DNA of 55,316 bases, from contig VBEY01000231.1 of assembly GCA_005889295.1 (NCBI GenBank), positions 1 to 55,316 on the forward strand, in the 5' to 3' direction. Made by a program: the position numbers and the translations under genes. This document shows positions 34,444 through 43,173 of this stretch, in pieces (the first letter of the stretch is position 1; each line of letters opens with the position of its first letter). The DNA is from Chloroflexota bacterium. Lineage in GTDB: Bacteria > Chloroflexota > Limnocylindria > P2-11E. The notes under the pieces are model-generated. The model was given only the letters and a program-made list of their open reading frames with translations. It did not search any database and was not told the origin of the DNA.

Positions 34444-35010
34444 ATGAAGGCACCGCAGATCGTGATCGGCGTCGTCGCGGCGCTTGCTCTCGCGGGCGGC
34501 GGATTCGCTGCCGGGATGACCTACGACAAAGCGCAGAGCCCGAGCACGACGGGCACGACGGGCACGACGGGCGCGACCGGGGCGCGCGGCGGAACCGGCG
34601 CTCGTGGCGCCTTCGGGGGAGGCGGCGCGCTCGGCGGCCAGCAGGCCGTCACCGGTCGCATCCTCGCCGTCAACGACGGTTCGATCACAGTCGCCGCGGT
34701 CGACCGCGGTCAGGGCGGACCCGGCGCGCAGGCATCGGCATCGCCCGCAACCACGTCAGAGATCGTGCTCGTGGGATCGACGACGCGGATCGTCAAGACG
34801 ACCGAAACGGATGTGAAGCTCAGCGACCTCAAGGCGGGCGACCAGGTGACCGTTGTCGGCACGACCGACTCCACCGGGATGGTCTCGGCGACCGCGATCG
34901 TTGTGGGCTCGACGAACATCCTGGGGCAGCTCTTCGGCTCGCAGACCGGCACCGCCGGTCTCGGCGGTGGCGGCGCGCGACCAAGCGCGAGCCCGACCAA
35001 GGCGCCGTAG
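34444..35010 (+). CDS. secreted/anchored DUF5666-like protein with a Gly-triplet linker
   Basis: N-terminal transmembrane/signal helix, ten consecutive X-Y-G triplets, then GRILAVNDGSITVAAVD...LKAGDQVTVVGTTDSTGMVSATAIVVG. AAGGGGA RBS. Confidence 0.5.
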   Translation: MKAPQIVIGVVAALALAGGGFAAGMTYDKAQSPSTTGTTGTTGATGARGGTGARGAFGGGGALGGQQAVTGRILAVNDGSITVAAVDRGQGGPGAQASASPATTSEIVLVGSTTRIVKTTETDVKLSDLKAGDQVTVVGTTDSTGMVSATAIVVGSTNILGQLFGSQTGTAGLGGGGARPSASPTKAP

Positions 35011-35020
35011 CCCGCTCGAC

Positions 35021-35026
35021 TAGCGT
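35021..35026 (+). promoter_or_regulatory. TAGCGT -10-like hexamer 6 nt upstream of GTG 35033 (leaderless-type)
   Basis: TAGCGT-CATGGC-GTG with no Shine-Dalgarno sequence. Confidence 0.4.
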
Positions 35027-35032
35027 CATGGC

Positions 35033-35923
35033 GTGACGCGCGGATTCCGTCTGCCGGACCGAACGTACCTGCCCGCGATCTTCGAACGTCTCGCCATAGC
35101 TGAGCAGGACGAGCTCGAGATTCTCGCCGGGTGGCCGTCGCCGACGATGGAGCCAGAGACCTGGCGGCCGCTCGAGCGCGCCTACCGGACGCTCGTCGCG
35201 GACATGGGCGGGTGCGAGATCAGGGAGCTTCCCGGCCCTGCCTCCGTCGAGTCAACCTCGCTCGGACGTTATTTCTTCGTCTACGTGTACCTGGCCGCGC
35301 TTGCGGAGGCGCGCCGGTTCCATCGGGAGCGCGGCATTCCCGACGACATTTCGTGGGCCACGCTCTCCGACCTCGGCCGGAACCTCGTGCGTGATCGCCT
35401 GCTGTTCGGCAGCGGAGGTCTACGCACGAGTTCATGGCTCACGCTTCATTTCCGCGGTTCGATCTACGAGCTCGGACGTCTTCAGTTCAACCGCATGCGC
35501 GTCCGCGCGGCGCGCGTCGCGAACGCGTTTCGCGAGGGCGACCACGCGCTTGGCATCCATATCCCGGAGAACGGACGGCTCAGCCCCGAGGCCTGCGATG
35601 ACTCCTTCGCGCGAGCTCGGTCATTCTTCGCGCGCCACTTTCCGGAAACGCCGACGCGCGTCGGAATCTGTACGTCGTGGCTGCTCGACCCGCAGCTCGC
35701 CGACTACCTTGCTCCGGACTCAAACGTCCTCCGGTTCCAGCGCCGCTTCACCAGCATCGGAGAGGGCTACGACGGCGACGCGGACATCCTGCGGTTCGTC
35801 TTCCATCGCATCGCGCCGGACATCGACGAGCTGCCGCAGCGCACGACACTCGAGCGCGCGATCGTCGCGCACCTCCGTGCGGGAAAGCATTGGCGGAATC
35901 GCACCGGTTGGCTGGAGCTGTAG
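35033..35923 (+). CDS. acyltransferase-domain protein (N-acyltransferase N-terminal plus GNAT-like C-terminal type)
   Basis: 296 aa. LGRLQFNR...LGIHIPENGRLSPEACDDSFARARSFFARHFPE...CTSWLLDP resembles that family as recalled from memory. Moderate certainty. Confidence 0.5.
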   Translation: MTRGFRLPDRTYLPAIFERLAIAEQDELEILAGWPSPTMEPETWRPLERAYRTLVADMGGCEIRELPGPASVESTSLGRYFFVYVYLAALAEARRFHRERGIPDDISWATLSDLGRNLVRDRLLFGSGGLRTSSWLTLHFRGSIYELGRLQFNRMRVRAARVANAFREGDHALGIHIPENGRLSPEACDDSFARARSFFARHFPETPTRVGICTSWLLDPQLADYLAPDSNVLRFQRRFTSIGEGYDGDADILRFVFHRIAPDIDELPQRTTLERAIVAHLRAGKHWRNRTGWLEL

Positions 35924-35995
35924 GCGCAGCCGCGGCGACGCGCGGCACCGCCACGCGTTAGTGCGGCTCGGGTCCTCGGTCGTCTCGGGCAGTAG

Positions 35996-36139
35996 CTACT
36001 GAGGTGGCGATCTGGCTGGCCAGATCGGCGGAGGCTCAGCAGACCGCAGGCGCGGCAGTGCCGAGGACTACTGAGGTGGCGATCTGGCTGGCCAGATCGC
36101 CGGAGGCTAAGCAGACCGCAGGCGCGTCAGCGCCGAGGA
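35996..36139. repeat. tandem direct repeat, 2 x 72 bp (4 mismatches), each unit carrying a 9-11-bp palindromic hairpin
   Basis: Unit: CTACTGAGGTGGCGATCTGGCTGGCCAGATCG(G/C)CGGAGGCT(C/A)AGCAGACCGCAGGCGCG(G/T)CAG(T/C)GCCGAGGA. Hairpins at 36008-36027 and 36078-36101. A third partial unit (CTAC) overlaps the argS stop. Confidence 0.9.
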
Positions 36140-37807
36140 CTACATGCGCTCGGGTGCGCTGACTCCGAGCAGTCCGAGTGTCCGACGCAGCGCGACCTGC
36201 ACGGCCTGCACGAGACGGAGGCGCGCTTTCGACCGCGCGACGTCGGCTTCGTCGACCACCCGGTGATCGCGATAGAAGCCGTGGAACGCGCCGGCGAGCT
36301 CAAGCGCGTAGGTCGTGAGCTGATGAACGCCGTAGTGCTGGCGGATGTCGTCGACGAGCTCGGGGAAGCGCAGCACGAGGCGCACGAGGTCGAGCTCGCC
36401 CTTTTCGATGAGGAGGGACGTGTCCGCGCCAGCTGCGTTGATTCCGCGCTCGGCTGCCGTGCGCAGGATGCTCGCGATCCGCGCGTGCGCGTACTGCACG
36501 TAGTAGACGGGGTTCTCGTTCGATTGCTGCACCGCGAGCTCGAGGTCGAAGTCGAGCTGGCGGTCCGCACTCGATTGCAGGAAGAAGTAGCGGGTCGCGT
36601 CCTTGCCAACCGCCTCGATGACCTCCTCGAGCAGGAGGAACTGGTTCGTGCGGCGCTGCATGCGCTTGAGCACACCCTCGTGCAGGAAGCGCACGTACTG
36701 GTAGAGGACGACCTCGAACTTGTCGAGCAGGCCGAGCGCCTGCATCGCCGCACGCATCTGGATCAGGTGGTAGTGGGTGTTCGAACCCCAGATGTCGATT
36801 TTCTTGTCGAACTTTCGGTCGCGCAGCGACTCGACGTGGTAGGCGATGTCCTTCCCGAGATAGCCCGGTTCGCCGTTCGAGCGGACCAGGACCCAGCCCT
36901 CCTTGTCGTCGACGGCCTCGCTGGCTTCGAACCAGACCGCCCCGTCCTTGTCGTAAACCTTGCCGAGCTTCCGCAGCTCCGCGAGCGTTTTCTCGAAGTA
37001 GCCCGACCGCATCATCTCGGCCTGCGAGAACCACGTGTCGTAGTGGATTCCGAGCATCTCGGTCACGCGCTTCGCGTCGCTCAGGACCCAGGCGACGCCC
37101 TCGGGCGCGAATTGCTTCGCCTGTTCGTCGAGGGGGAGGTTCATCCACTTGTCGCCGACGCGCGCTTTGATCCCGGCGGCGATGTCCTTCACATATTCGG
37201 CGGGATAGGCGTCCGCGGGGATCTCGATGTCCTCGCCGTGGAGCTGCCGGTACCGGATCGCGATGGAGCGGCCGAACGTCTCGAACTGCGTCCCGGTGTC
37301 CTCGACGTAGTACTCGCGCTCAACAGTCGCGCCGGCGAACTCGAGCACCGACGAGAGCACGTCGCCGAGCGGTCCGCCGCGCGCGTTCGCGACGGTGAGC
37401 GGCCCGGTGGGATTCGCGGAGACGAACTCCACCTGCATGCGCTTACCCGCGAGGGCCTTCGAGCGACCGAAGTCCGACCCGGCCCGCACGATCTCACCGA
37501 CCTGAGCCGCGAGCCATTTCTCGTCGAGGCGTACGTTCACGAAGCCACTCAGCTCCTCGACCGCGGCGATCGGCGCAGCGACGCGCACTCGCTCCTTGAT
37601 GGCCTTCGCGATGTCGCGCGGGGGCTTGCGCGCTTGTTTCGCGAGCTTCAGCGCGATGTTCGAGGCGTAATCGCCGTGCTCCGGATTCCCCGGACGCTCC
37701 ACCTCGACCGGCACGCCGTCGACGTTGGGCCAACCGAGGTCCGTCACAGCGCGCGCCAGGCCGTCCTTGATCGCGGCCGCGATCTGGTCACGGAGAAGGG
37801 TGGTCAC
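36140..37807 (-). CDS. argS: arginine--tRNA ligase
   Basis: GTG start VTTLLRDQIAAAIKDGL..., 555 aa. FVSANPTGPLTVANARG (HIGH-region equivalent) and a typical C-terminal anticodon-binding domain ending in M. The GTG overlaps the MFS stop (GTGA). The track ORF continues upstream only as an out-of-frame shadow. Confidence 0.92.
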   Translation of the reverse strand: MTTLLRDQIAAAIKDGLARAVTDLGWPNVDGVPVEVERPGNPEHGDYASNIALKLAKQARKPPRDIAKAIKERVRVAAPIAAVEELSGFVNVRLDEKWLAAQVGEIVRAGSDFGRSKALAGKRMQVEFVSANPTGPLTVANARGGPLGDVLSSVLEFAGATVEREYYVEDTGTQFETFGRSIAIRYRQLHGEDIEIPADAYPAEYVKDIAAGIKARVGDKWMNLPLDEQAKQFAPEGVAWVLSDAKRVTEMLGIHYDTWFSQAEMMRSGYFEKTLAELRKLGKVYDKDGAVWFEASEAVDDKEGWVLVRSNGEPGYLGKDIAYHVESLRDRKFDKKIDIWGSNTHYHLIQMRAAMQALGLLDKFEVVLYQYVRFLHEGVLKRMQRRTNQFLLLEEVIEAVGKDATRYFFLQSSADRQLDFDLELAVQQSNENPVYYVQYAHARIASILRTAAERGINAAGADTSLLIEKGELDLVRLVLRFPELVDDIRQHYGVHQLTTYALELAGAFHGFYRDHRVVDEADVARSKARLRLVQAVQVALRRTLGLLGVSAPERM

Positions 37808-39051
37808 CCGCGCGAGTCTGGGACAGCGACGCTGGGCACGCCAACATCGCCGCTCGGCTCGTGCGTCGCGAAGAGGCGCCAGGTGAGATACGCCGCGAGC
37901 CCGTATGCGATCGCGAGGGTGACGAGGTTCACCGTGAACCCCTCCGGCCCAAGCCGTGCACGGACCGCGCCGGAGAGGATCGCGCCGACGGCATTCGCCG
38001 CGCTCCACGCGAGCGCGAAGAACGCGTTCGCACCGGCGCGCTCGGCCGGCGTGAACGAGGAGAGCTGGAACGCGTTGCTTGTCCCGCTCGCGCCGAACAT
38101 GAGGAAATGCCGTACCGCCAGCGCGCCGACGGCGATGGGAAGCGCGCCGGTGAAGGCGGCGACGAGCGCGAACGGCAACGACAGCGTCTCCACGAGGACG
38201 ATCGACGGGATCGCGCCAAAGCGCGCGGCGACGAATCGTCCGTGGAGGAGCGCGCCGAGGCTTCCGGCCACCGCGAGGACACCGAGCACCAGACCCAGGG
38301 CCGAGAACGGCACACCGAAACGGTCGGCGAAGAACAGGTTCATGAACGGAAGGAAGCTGCCCGCACCGAAGCCGAAGAGCACCTCGATCGCGAGGAAGCG
38401 CCGGACCAGGTCGTTGCGCGTCGGTGCCTCGAGGGTGTGCCGGGCAACGGGGACCGCGCGGATGGCGAGGATCGGGACGATCGAAACGGCGGCGATGATG
38501 CCGCCGCATCCGACGAGGGCTCGTAGCACCAGCGCGTCCCCCGGTCGAGCGCCGAGCAACGAGGCCACGGGTGTCGCGAGCGCACCGGCGATCACGCTCG
38601 AAAGGAATGCGGCTGTCGTGCCGAGCGCGATCTGCTGGCCGAAGCGGGTTGCGCGCCGCGCCGCATCCGTCGCGTCCGCGAGGAGCGCGGCGCCCGACGA
38701 GCTCGCGATGATGCCGCCGAAGCCGACGAGCATCGCCGACAGGAACAGAGCTGCGAGCGCGTTGAAAAGAAGGATCCCGAAGATGCCAACCCCGGTGAGC
38801 GTGCCGCCGAGGAGGATCGCCGCCCGGCGCGAACGGCCTCGTGTGAAGATCGCCGCCGGGATCGCGCCGCACACGACGCCGAGCGCTTCCGCGCCGGCGA
38901 GAAGTCCGATGGCGAACTCGTCGAAACCGAGCGACCGGTAGAGGAAGTTCAGGTAGAACTGCGCGACGCCCAGTCCGAAGCTGCCCAGGCCCGCCGCGAC
39001 GAGATACAGGACGGCGTCGCGCCGTCCCAGGAGGAGGCCGGTTGTCGCTAT
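37804..39051 (-). CDS. MFS transporter; N-terminal two helices are encoded in frame but without a canonical start codon
   Basis: The track ORF starts at GTG 38874, just before MFS motif A (FTRGRSRRAAIL), which normally follows TM2. The frame is open upstream and encodes ATTGLLLGRRDAVLYLVAAGLGSFGLGVAQFYLNFLYRSLGFDEFAIGLLAGAEALGVV. The only candidate starts are ATA at 39051 (overlapping the htrA TAG) or CTG at 39030. Confidence 0.7.
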   Translation of the reverse strand: MATTGLLLGRRDAVLYLVAAGLGSFGLGVAQFYLNFLYRSLGFDEFAIGLLAGAEALGVVCGAIPAAIFTRGRSRRAAILLGGTLTGVGIFGILLFNALAALFLSAMLVGFGGIIASSSGAALLADATDAARRATRFGQQIALGTTAAFLSSVIAGALATPVASLLGARPGDALVLRALVGCGGIIAAVSIVPILAIRAVPVARHTLEAPTRNDLVRRFLAIEVLFGFGAGSFLPFMNLFFADRFGVPFSALGLVLGVLAVAGSLGALLHGRFVAARFGAIPSIVLVETLSLPFALVAAFTGALPIAVGALAVRHFLMFGASGTSNAFQLSSFTPAERAGANAFFALAWSAANAVGAILSGAVRARLGPEGFTVNLVTLAIAYGLAAYLTWRLFATHEPSGDVGVPSVAVPDSRG

Positions 39052-40154
39052 TGCGGGGGTTGGCCGAGGGTCACGTCGACGGTCATCTCCTTGCCAGTGC
39101 GAATAAGCGTGAGCTTCACCTTATCGCCCGGCCGGTTCTTGACGAGAAGGCTGGACAGCGGGTGGTCCGCGTCGATGACCTGATCGTTGACCTTCGTGAT
39201 GATGTCGTTGACCTGGACACCCGCCTGTTGGGCGGGCGAACCCGGGACGACCTGGCCGACGACAATGCCGATCGTGCCGCTCGGCAGCCCAAGCTGCGCC
39301 GCCTGTCGCGGGGTGATCGGCGAGTACTGAATCCCGAGATAACCGCGGACGACTCTGCCGTTCGCGATGAGCTCGTCCGCGATCTGCTTCACGGTGTTGC
39401 TCGAGATGGCGAAGTTGATGCCCGTCGCCTGACTCACGCCAAGTGTGTTCACGCCGATGACCTGATGCGTCGCGGCCCAGAGGAGCGGCCCTCCGGAGTT
39501 GCCCGGGTTGATCGGCGCATCCGTTTGGATCAGATCCTCGAGGATGAGCTGCGACGATTCGGCGACGCGTCGGCCTTTGGCTGACACGATGCCGTGCGTG
39601 ACCGTGTTCTGGAATTCGCCGAGCGGGCTACCGATGGCGACCGTCAGCGCGCCGACGGGAACGTTGTCGCTATTGGCAAGCGTCGCCGCTTTCAGACCCT
39701 GCGGCGCCACCTGGAGTACAGCGATATCGGTGAAGGGATCGCGTCCGACGAGCTTCGCGCTCGCCTTCCTATCGTCGGAGAAGACGACGTCGAAGGAAGC
39801 TCCCGCGCCCGTCGTCCGCGGATCCTCGACCACATGATTGTTCGTGATGATGTAGCCCTTTCCCGAGTCGACGACGAATCCGGAACCGCTCGATTGCGGC
39901 TGGCCGTTGGCCGCGTAGTTGATGACCGTCACGACGCTCGGCAAGAGGTCTCGGACCACACCGACGATCTCCTCATCGGCCGGTGCGCTCGAAGCTGTCG
40001 GAGCGCTGGCGGCGGGGAGACCGGTACCGACGGGTGCTGACTGCCCCGGCGACTCGGTCGCCCGGGAAGTGAGATACGTCGCCGTGGCGCCGCCGGAGAT
40101 CCCGCCGATGAGAATCCCAACGAGGAGGAGAGCCGCCGCGCGCCCGCGGCTCAC
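39048..40154 (-). CDS. HtrA/DegP-family serine protease with C-terminal PDZ domain
   Basis: Catalytic motifs TNNHVV, TDIAVL and GNSGGPL, with a PDZ-like C-terminus. Start chosen at GTG 40154, just after the upstream stop and before the transmembrane anchor. ATG 40277 would overlap the GH57 gene by 113 nt. Confidence 0.85.
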   Translation of the reverse strand: MSRGRAAALLLVGILIGGISGGATATYLTSRATESPGQSAPVGTGLPAASAPTASSAPADEEIVGVVRDLLPSVVTVINYAANGQPQSSGSGFVVDSGKGYIITNNHVVEDPRTTGAGASFDVVFSDDRKASAKLVGRDPFTDIAVLQVAPQGLKAATLANSDNVPVGALTVAIGSPLGEFQNTVTHGIVSAKGRRVAESSQLILEDLIQTDAPINPGNSGGPLLWAATHQVIGVNTLGVSQATGINFAISSNTVKQIADELIANGRVVRGYLGIQYSPITPRQAAQLGLPSGTIGIVVGQVVPGSPAQQAGVQVNDIITKVNDQVIDADHPLSSLLVKNRPGDKVKLTLIRTGKEMTVDVTLGQPPQ

Positions 40155-40164
40155 GCGCTCACGA

Positions 40165-42330
40165 CTATCGGCGCAGAACCCTCGCTGTTTCGGCGTTCGC
40201 GCCGGCCGCGGCCTTGCGGCGCCGGGCGGTCGGACGCACGGCGTCGGGTTCGACCATCTGACCGACCGCCGTCGCACGCACCTCGAGATCCACGTGCGCG
40301 TCCGGCTCGATCGTCACGTTCCAGCTCGACGCGATCTCGAGCTGCTGGTAGACGCGCTCGAATCCCTGCTCGGAGTTGGTGATCGAGTAGATCGGCCGCG
40401 TCGTCACCTCGCACGGGGGATCGACAGCAATTGCGATGTCAAAGTGGCGCGATTCGGAGTGAACGGCGATTTCTGACACATGACGAGCATCGATCGGCTT
40501 CCCGGGTGTCGTCTTGCGAGTCCCGACGGTGATCACGTCGGCCGGGTTCTGTTCGGAGAGCAGCCCGATGTTTGATGTGCTCGTGAACTGAAGGGTGATG
40601 GCCTCCTCGCCGTCGTTGCGCAGGCGGTAGCGCACGCCCGCGGCGAGTCCTTCATCCGCGATACGGATGTCCTTACGGATCCCCAGACCGGGAACGCTCG
40701 CGAGCGCTCGCGCCGGCGGCTCGAGGATGAGGCTCACGGTGCGGGCCTCGCGCTGCGGAGTCAGCTGGTAGTAGTAGGCGTGGAGCACCACCGGGTCGGC
40801 CTTGCCAACACGGAAGCTGTCCTGAAAGAGCGCGCGGCGCGCCACGTCGTACTCAAGGAGCTTGGAGAGACCGCGCTCGCGCGCGCGCACCGCTTCGTGA
40901 ATGGACTTCGTCTCTTTTTCGGCCGCCTTGCCAACGAGCACCTTGCCGGATTTTTCGGCGCGACGAAGCGCTTCGTGCTCCGCCTCCGGCCGGCGCGCAA
41001 GTGTATCCACGAGGTTGGTCGCCGACGCATAGATGTCCCACTCGATGACGGCACCGCCTTGGACGTGGACGAACACCGCACCGGCGTTGCCGCGAAAGAT
41101 GTACTCGTCGTAGCCGTCGACGTCGTAGTCGCGCTGCTCGCCCGCCGCGGTGCGGCGCTCCGACAGGATCCGTTCCGCTTTGAGGAGCGACGCGTATGCG
41201 TCCGCACGAAGGTGCGGGAAATAGATGCCACCGAAGACGCCGTGCCAGTAGACATCGTTTCCCTGAGCGCGCCAGAGATTCTGCTGCGCCTGACGGACCT
41301 CGGCGGACGCGTCGAGGATGCTGCGGCGCGCAAGCTCCTCGCTCACGATGAGCATCCGCTTCTGCAGGCCGTTGGACTCCGGGTATTTCGCGAAGAAGTT
41401 GCGCCAGAGTGGCGCCACCGCCAGCGCCGCGAGATCGTCGCCGAGCTTGTTTCGCGCCTGCGTGTACCGCTTCGCCGCGTTCGGCTCGAGCGCCCACTCC
41501 GCCATCTCGGGGTACGAGCCTCCCGGGATGTAGATGCGCCGCGCGGGCTTCTGGAAGATCCAGGCATCCTCGAGCGTCGTCGTCTGAATGAAGTCGGCCT
41601 GCGCGATAGCCGAGAAGAACTGCTCGAGCCACCCGTCTTTGTGGACGCGCTGATACGTCCCGGGCCATGCCCCGAACTTCTCGCCGTCGTCGGCGTACAC
41701 GACGAGGCGCGCGCCCTCGTCCGCTCGCGCGCGAAGCTCACGCATCGTTTGGCTCACGTCGCGGAACGGGATGAGGTATCGGAGCTTCACACTCCCGGGG
41801 AAGACGATCACGGGAAGCCCCTGATCCTCGGTGACGAACGACTCGCCAAGCTCCTGTGGGCGAAGACCGGCTTGGAGGAAATGCTCGTCGTCGAGGACCG
41901 TGTAGGCAACGCCCGCCTCGGCGAGGAGCGACGGCAGGTGCGGCTCCCACACCCGCTCGGTCAGCCATGCCCCGAGCGGGCGTTGTCCGAACATCGCATG
42001 GACGCGGTCGGAGAGCGCCCGAATCTGGGCCACGCCGTCACGCCGAGGCACCCCGACCAGAACCGGCTCGTAATAGCCCCCCGAGAGAAGCTCGATCTGG
42101 CCACGCCGGACGAGGTCGGCGAGGTCTCCAATGACGTCCGGGCGGTTCGCTTCGAGCCAGTCGAGGAGGGGTCCGGAGAAATGGAGGCTCGCCTTGACTT
42201 CGGGGTGCCGATAGAGGGTGGCAACAAGCGGGGCGTACGCCCGCTCGGTCACATCCTGGAAGACTGACGGGAAATTCCCGGCCGGCTGATGCTGGTGGAA
42301 CACCAGCGCCAATCGGAGGCGATCGGCCAC
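40165..42330 (-). CDS. GH57 family alpha-amylase / 4-alpha-glucanotransferase-type enzyme
   Basis: 721 aa. Colinear by eye with archaeal GH57 4-alpha-glucanotransferase: HQHQP.GNF, HFSGPLLDWLE, WLTERVWEP, DDGEKFG.WPGT, NFFAKYPESN, YWHGVFGGIYFPHLR. Confidence 0.88.
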   Translation of the reverse strand: MADRLRLALVFHQHQPAGNFPSVFQDVTERAYAPLVATLYRHPEVKASLHFSGPLLDWLEANRPDVIGDLADLVRRGQIELLSGGYYEPVLVGVPRRDGVAQIRALSDRVHAMFGQRPLGAWLTERVWEPHLPSLLAEAGVAYTVLDDEHFLQAGLRPQELGESFVTEDQGLPVIVFPGSVKLRYLIPFRDVSQTMRELRARADEGARLVVYADDGEKFGAWPGTYQRVHKDGWLEQFFSAIAQADFIQTTTLEDAWIFQKPARRIYIPGGSYPEMAEWALEPNAAKRYTQARNKLGDDLAALAVAPLWRNFFAKYPESNGLQKRMLIVSEELARRSILDASAEVRQAQQNLWRAQGNDVYWHGVFGGIYFPHLRADAYASLLKAERILSERRTAAGEQRDYDVDGYDEYIFRGNAGAVFVHVQGGAVIEWDIYASATNLVDTLARRPEAEHEALRRAEKSGKVLVGKAAEKETKSIHEAVRARERGLSKLLEYDVARRALFQDSFRVGKADPVVLHAYYYQLTPQREARTVSLILEPPARALASVPGLGIRKDIRIADEGLAAGVRYRLRNDGEEAITLQFTSTSNIGLLSEQNPADVITVGTRKTTPGKPIDARHVSEIAVHSESRHFDIAIAVDPPCEVTTRPIYSITNSEQGFERVYQQLEIASSWNVTIEPDAHVDLEVRATAVGQMVEPDAVRPTARRRKAAAGANAETARVLRR

Positions 42331-42339
42331 TGAAGACGC

Positions 42340-42345
42340 ATTTTA
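42340..42345 (-). promoter_or_regulatory. extended -10-like element TGgTAAAAT, 9 nt upstream of the GH57 GTG start
   Basis: Minus strand reads TTTTGGTAAAATGCGTCTTCAGTG, in the only AT-rich patch of the divergent intergenic region. Confidence 0.45.
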
Positions 42346-42441
42346 CCAAAAATGGTTGTGGCGTACGGTCTCCGTACAGAATGCACGCCTGCTTGTCGAC
42401 GAACTCGACAGCGAGCCGTTAGTCACTCAGGCTTGGGCCAG

Positions 42442-43128
42442 ATGTTCGGACGGTTGATCCTCTACGGGGCGCTGGCCCTGGCCATCGGCATCGTCGTCGT
42501 GAGCGCGTGTGGTCCCGAACCGCAGACTCAGGGATTAGCGACGCCGACCCCGGCAACGTCCGCTTCCCGTCCAGTTACACCCAGTACGGCGCCAACCTCG
42601 CTCGCCACGGCGACAACCCGGCCCAGCCCCTCCGTGTCCAGCGCCCCGACGGTGGCGCCGAGCCCGGGATCGTCGCCCGCCGCAGCCTGTCCGCGCTCGA
42701 CCGGCGGCGACCCGAGCAACCAGGCCCAACTGGTAGCCGTGCGAGTCGGGCACCAACCTGGCTTCGATCGGCTCGTCTTCGAGTTCGCACAAAGTGCCGC
42801 ACCCGGCACCTTCGGAATACCCGCGTACACGATCGAGGCGGCGAGCTCGCTGTCCGGACCGAGCGGGCAGCCCGTGACCATCAACGGAAACGCCCTCTTC
42901 GGCACGCGGTTCCAGAACGCCTCGACGCAGAACCCCAACGGCACGCCGAGCTACACCGGCAGCACCGACATGAAGCCGACCACCCCATTGATCAAGCAGA
43001 TCAAGCTCGTCGAGGACTTCGAGCGAGTCTTGCTCTGGGGGACCGGACTCGACCACCTCGCGTGCCCGAAGGTGACCGAGCTTGCCGGCCCCTTCCGCGT
43101 CGTCCTCGATTTCCCCACCCCGCCTTGA
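42442..43128 (+). CDS. hypothetical lipoprotein
   Basis: MFGRLILYGALALAIGIVVVSAC has a lipobox-like VSAC. A Pro/Ser/Thr-rich linker is followed by a roughly 130-aa beta-rich domain of unknown family. Confidence 0.6.
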   Translation: MFGRLILYGALALAIGIVVVSACGPEPQTQGLATPTPATSASRPVTPSTAPTSLATATTRPSPSVSSAPTVAPSPGSSPAAACPRSTGGDPSNQAQLVAVRVGHQPGFDRLVFEFAQSAAPGTFGIPAYTIEAASSLSGPSGQPVTINGNALFGTRFQNASTQNPNGTPSYTGSTDMKPTTPLIKQIKLVEDFERVLLWGTGLDHLACPKVTELAGPFRVVLDFPTPP

Positions 43129-43173
43129 CCCATAATTAGGTCTCCGCAAGAAGATTCAGGGGAGCGATCCGTC

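Noticed and set aside
35996-36139. Considered whether the tandem repeat is a CRISPR array
   Set aside because: There are only two directly abutting 72-bp copies with no spacers, the unit is longer than CRISPR repeats, and there are no cas genes in the window.
36140-38872. 910-aa minus-strand ORF in the track, which looks like a giant fusion protein
   Set aside because: Only the C-terminal 555 aa (from GTG 37807) is ArgS. The upstream 355 aa is Arg/Pro/Gly-rich out-of-frame read-through across the MFS transporter gene, which occupies frame 37804..39051.
36263-38941. 892-aa plus-strand ORF
   Set aside because: It is an antisense shadow of argS and the MFS gene. The composition is Arg/Ala/Glu/Asp-rich with no recognisable domain, as is typical of GC-rich antisense frames.
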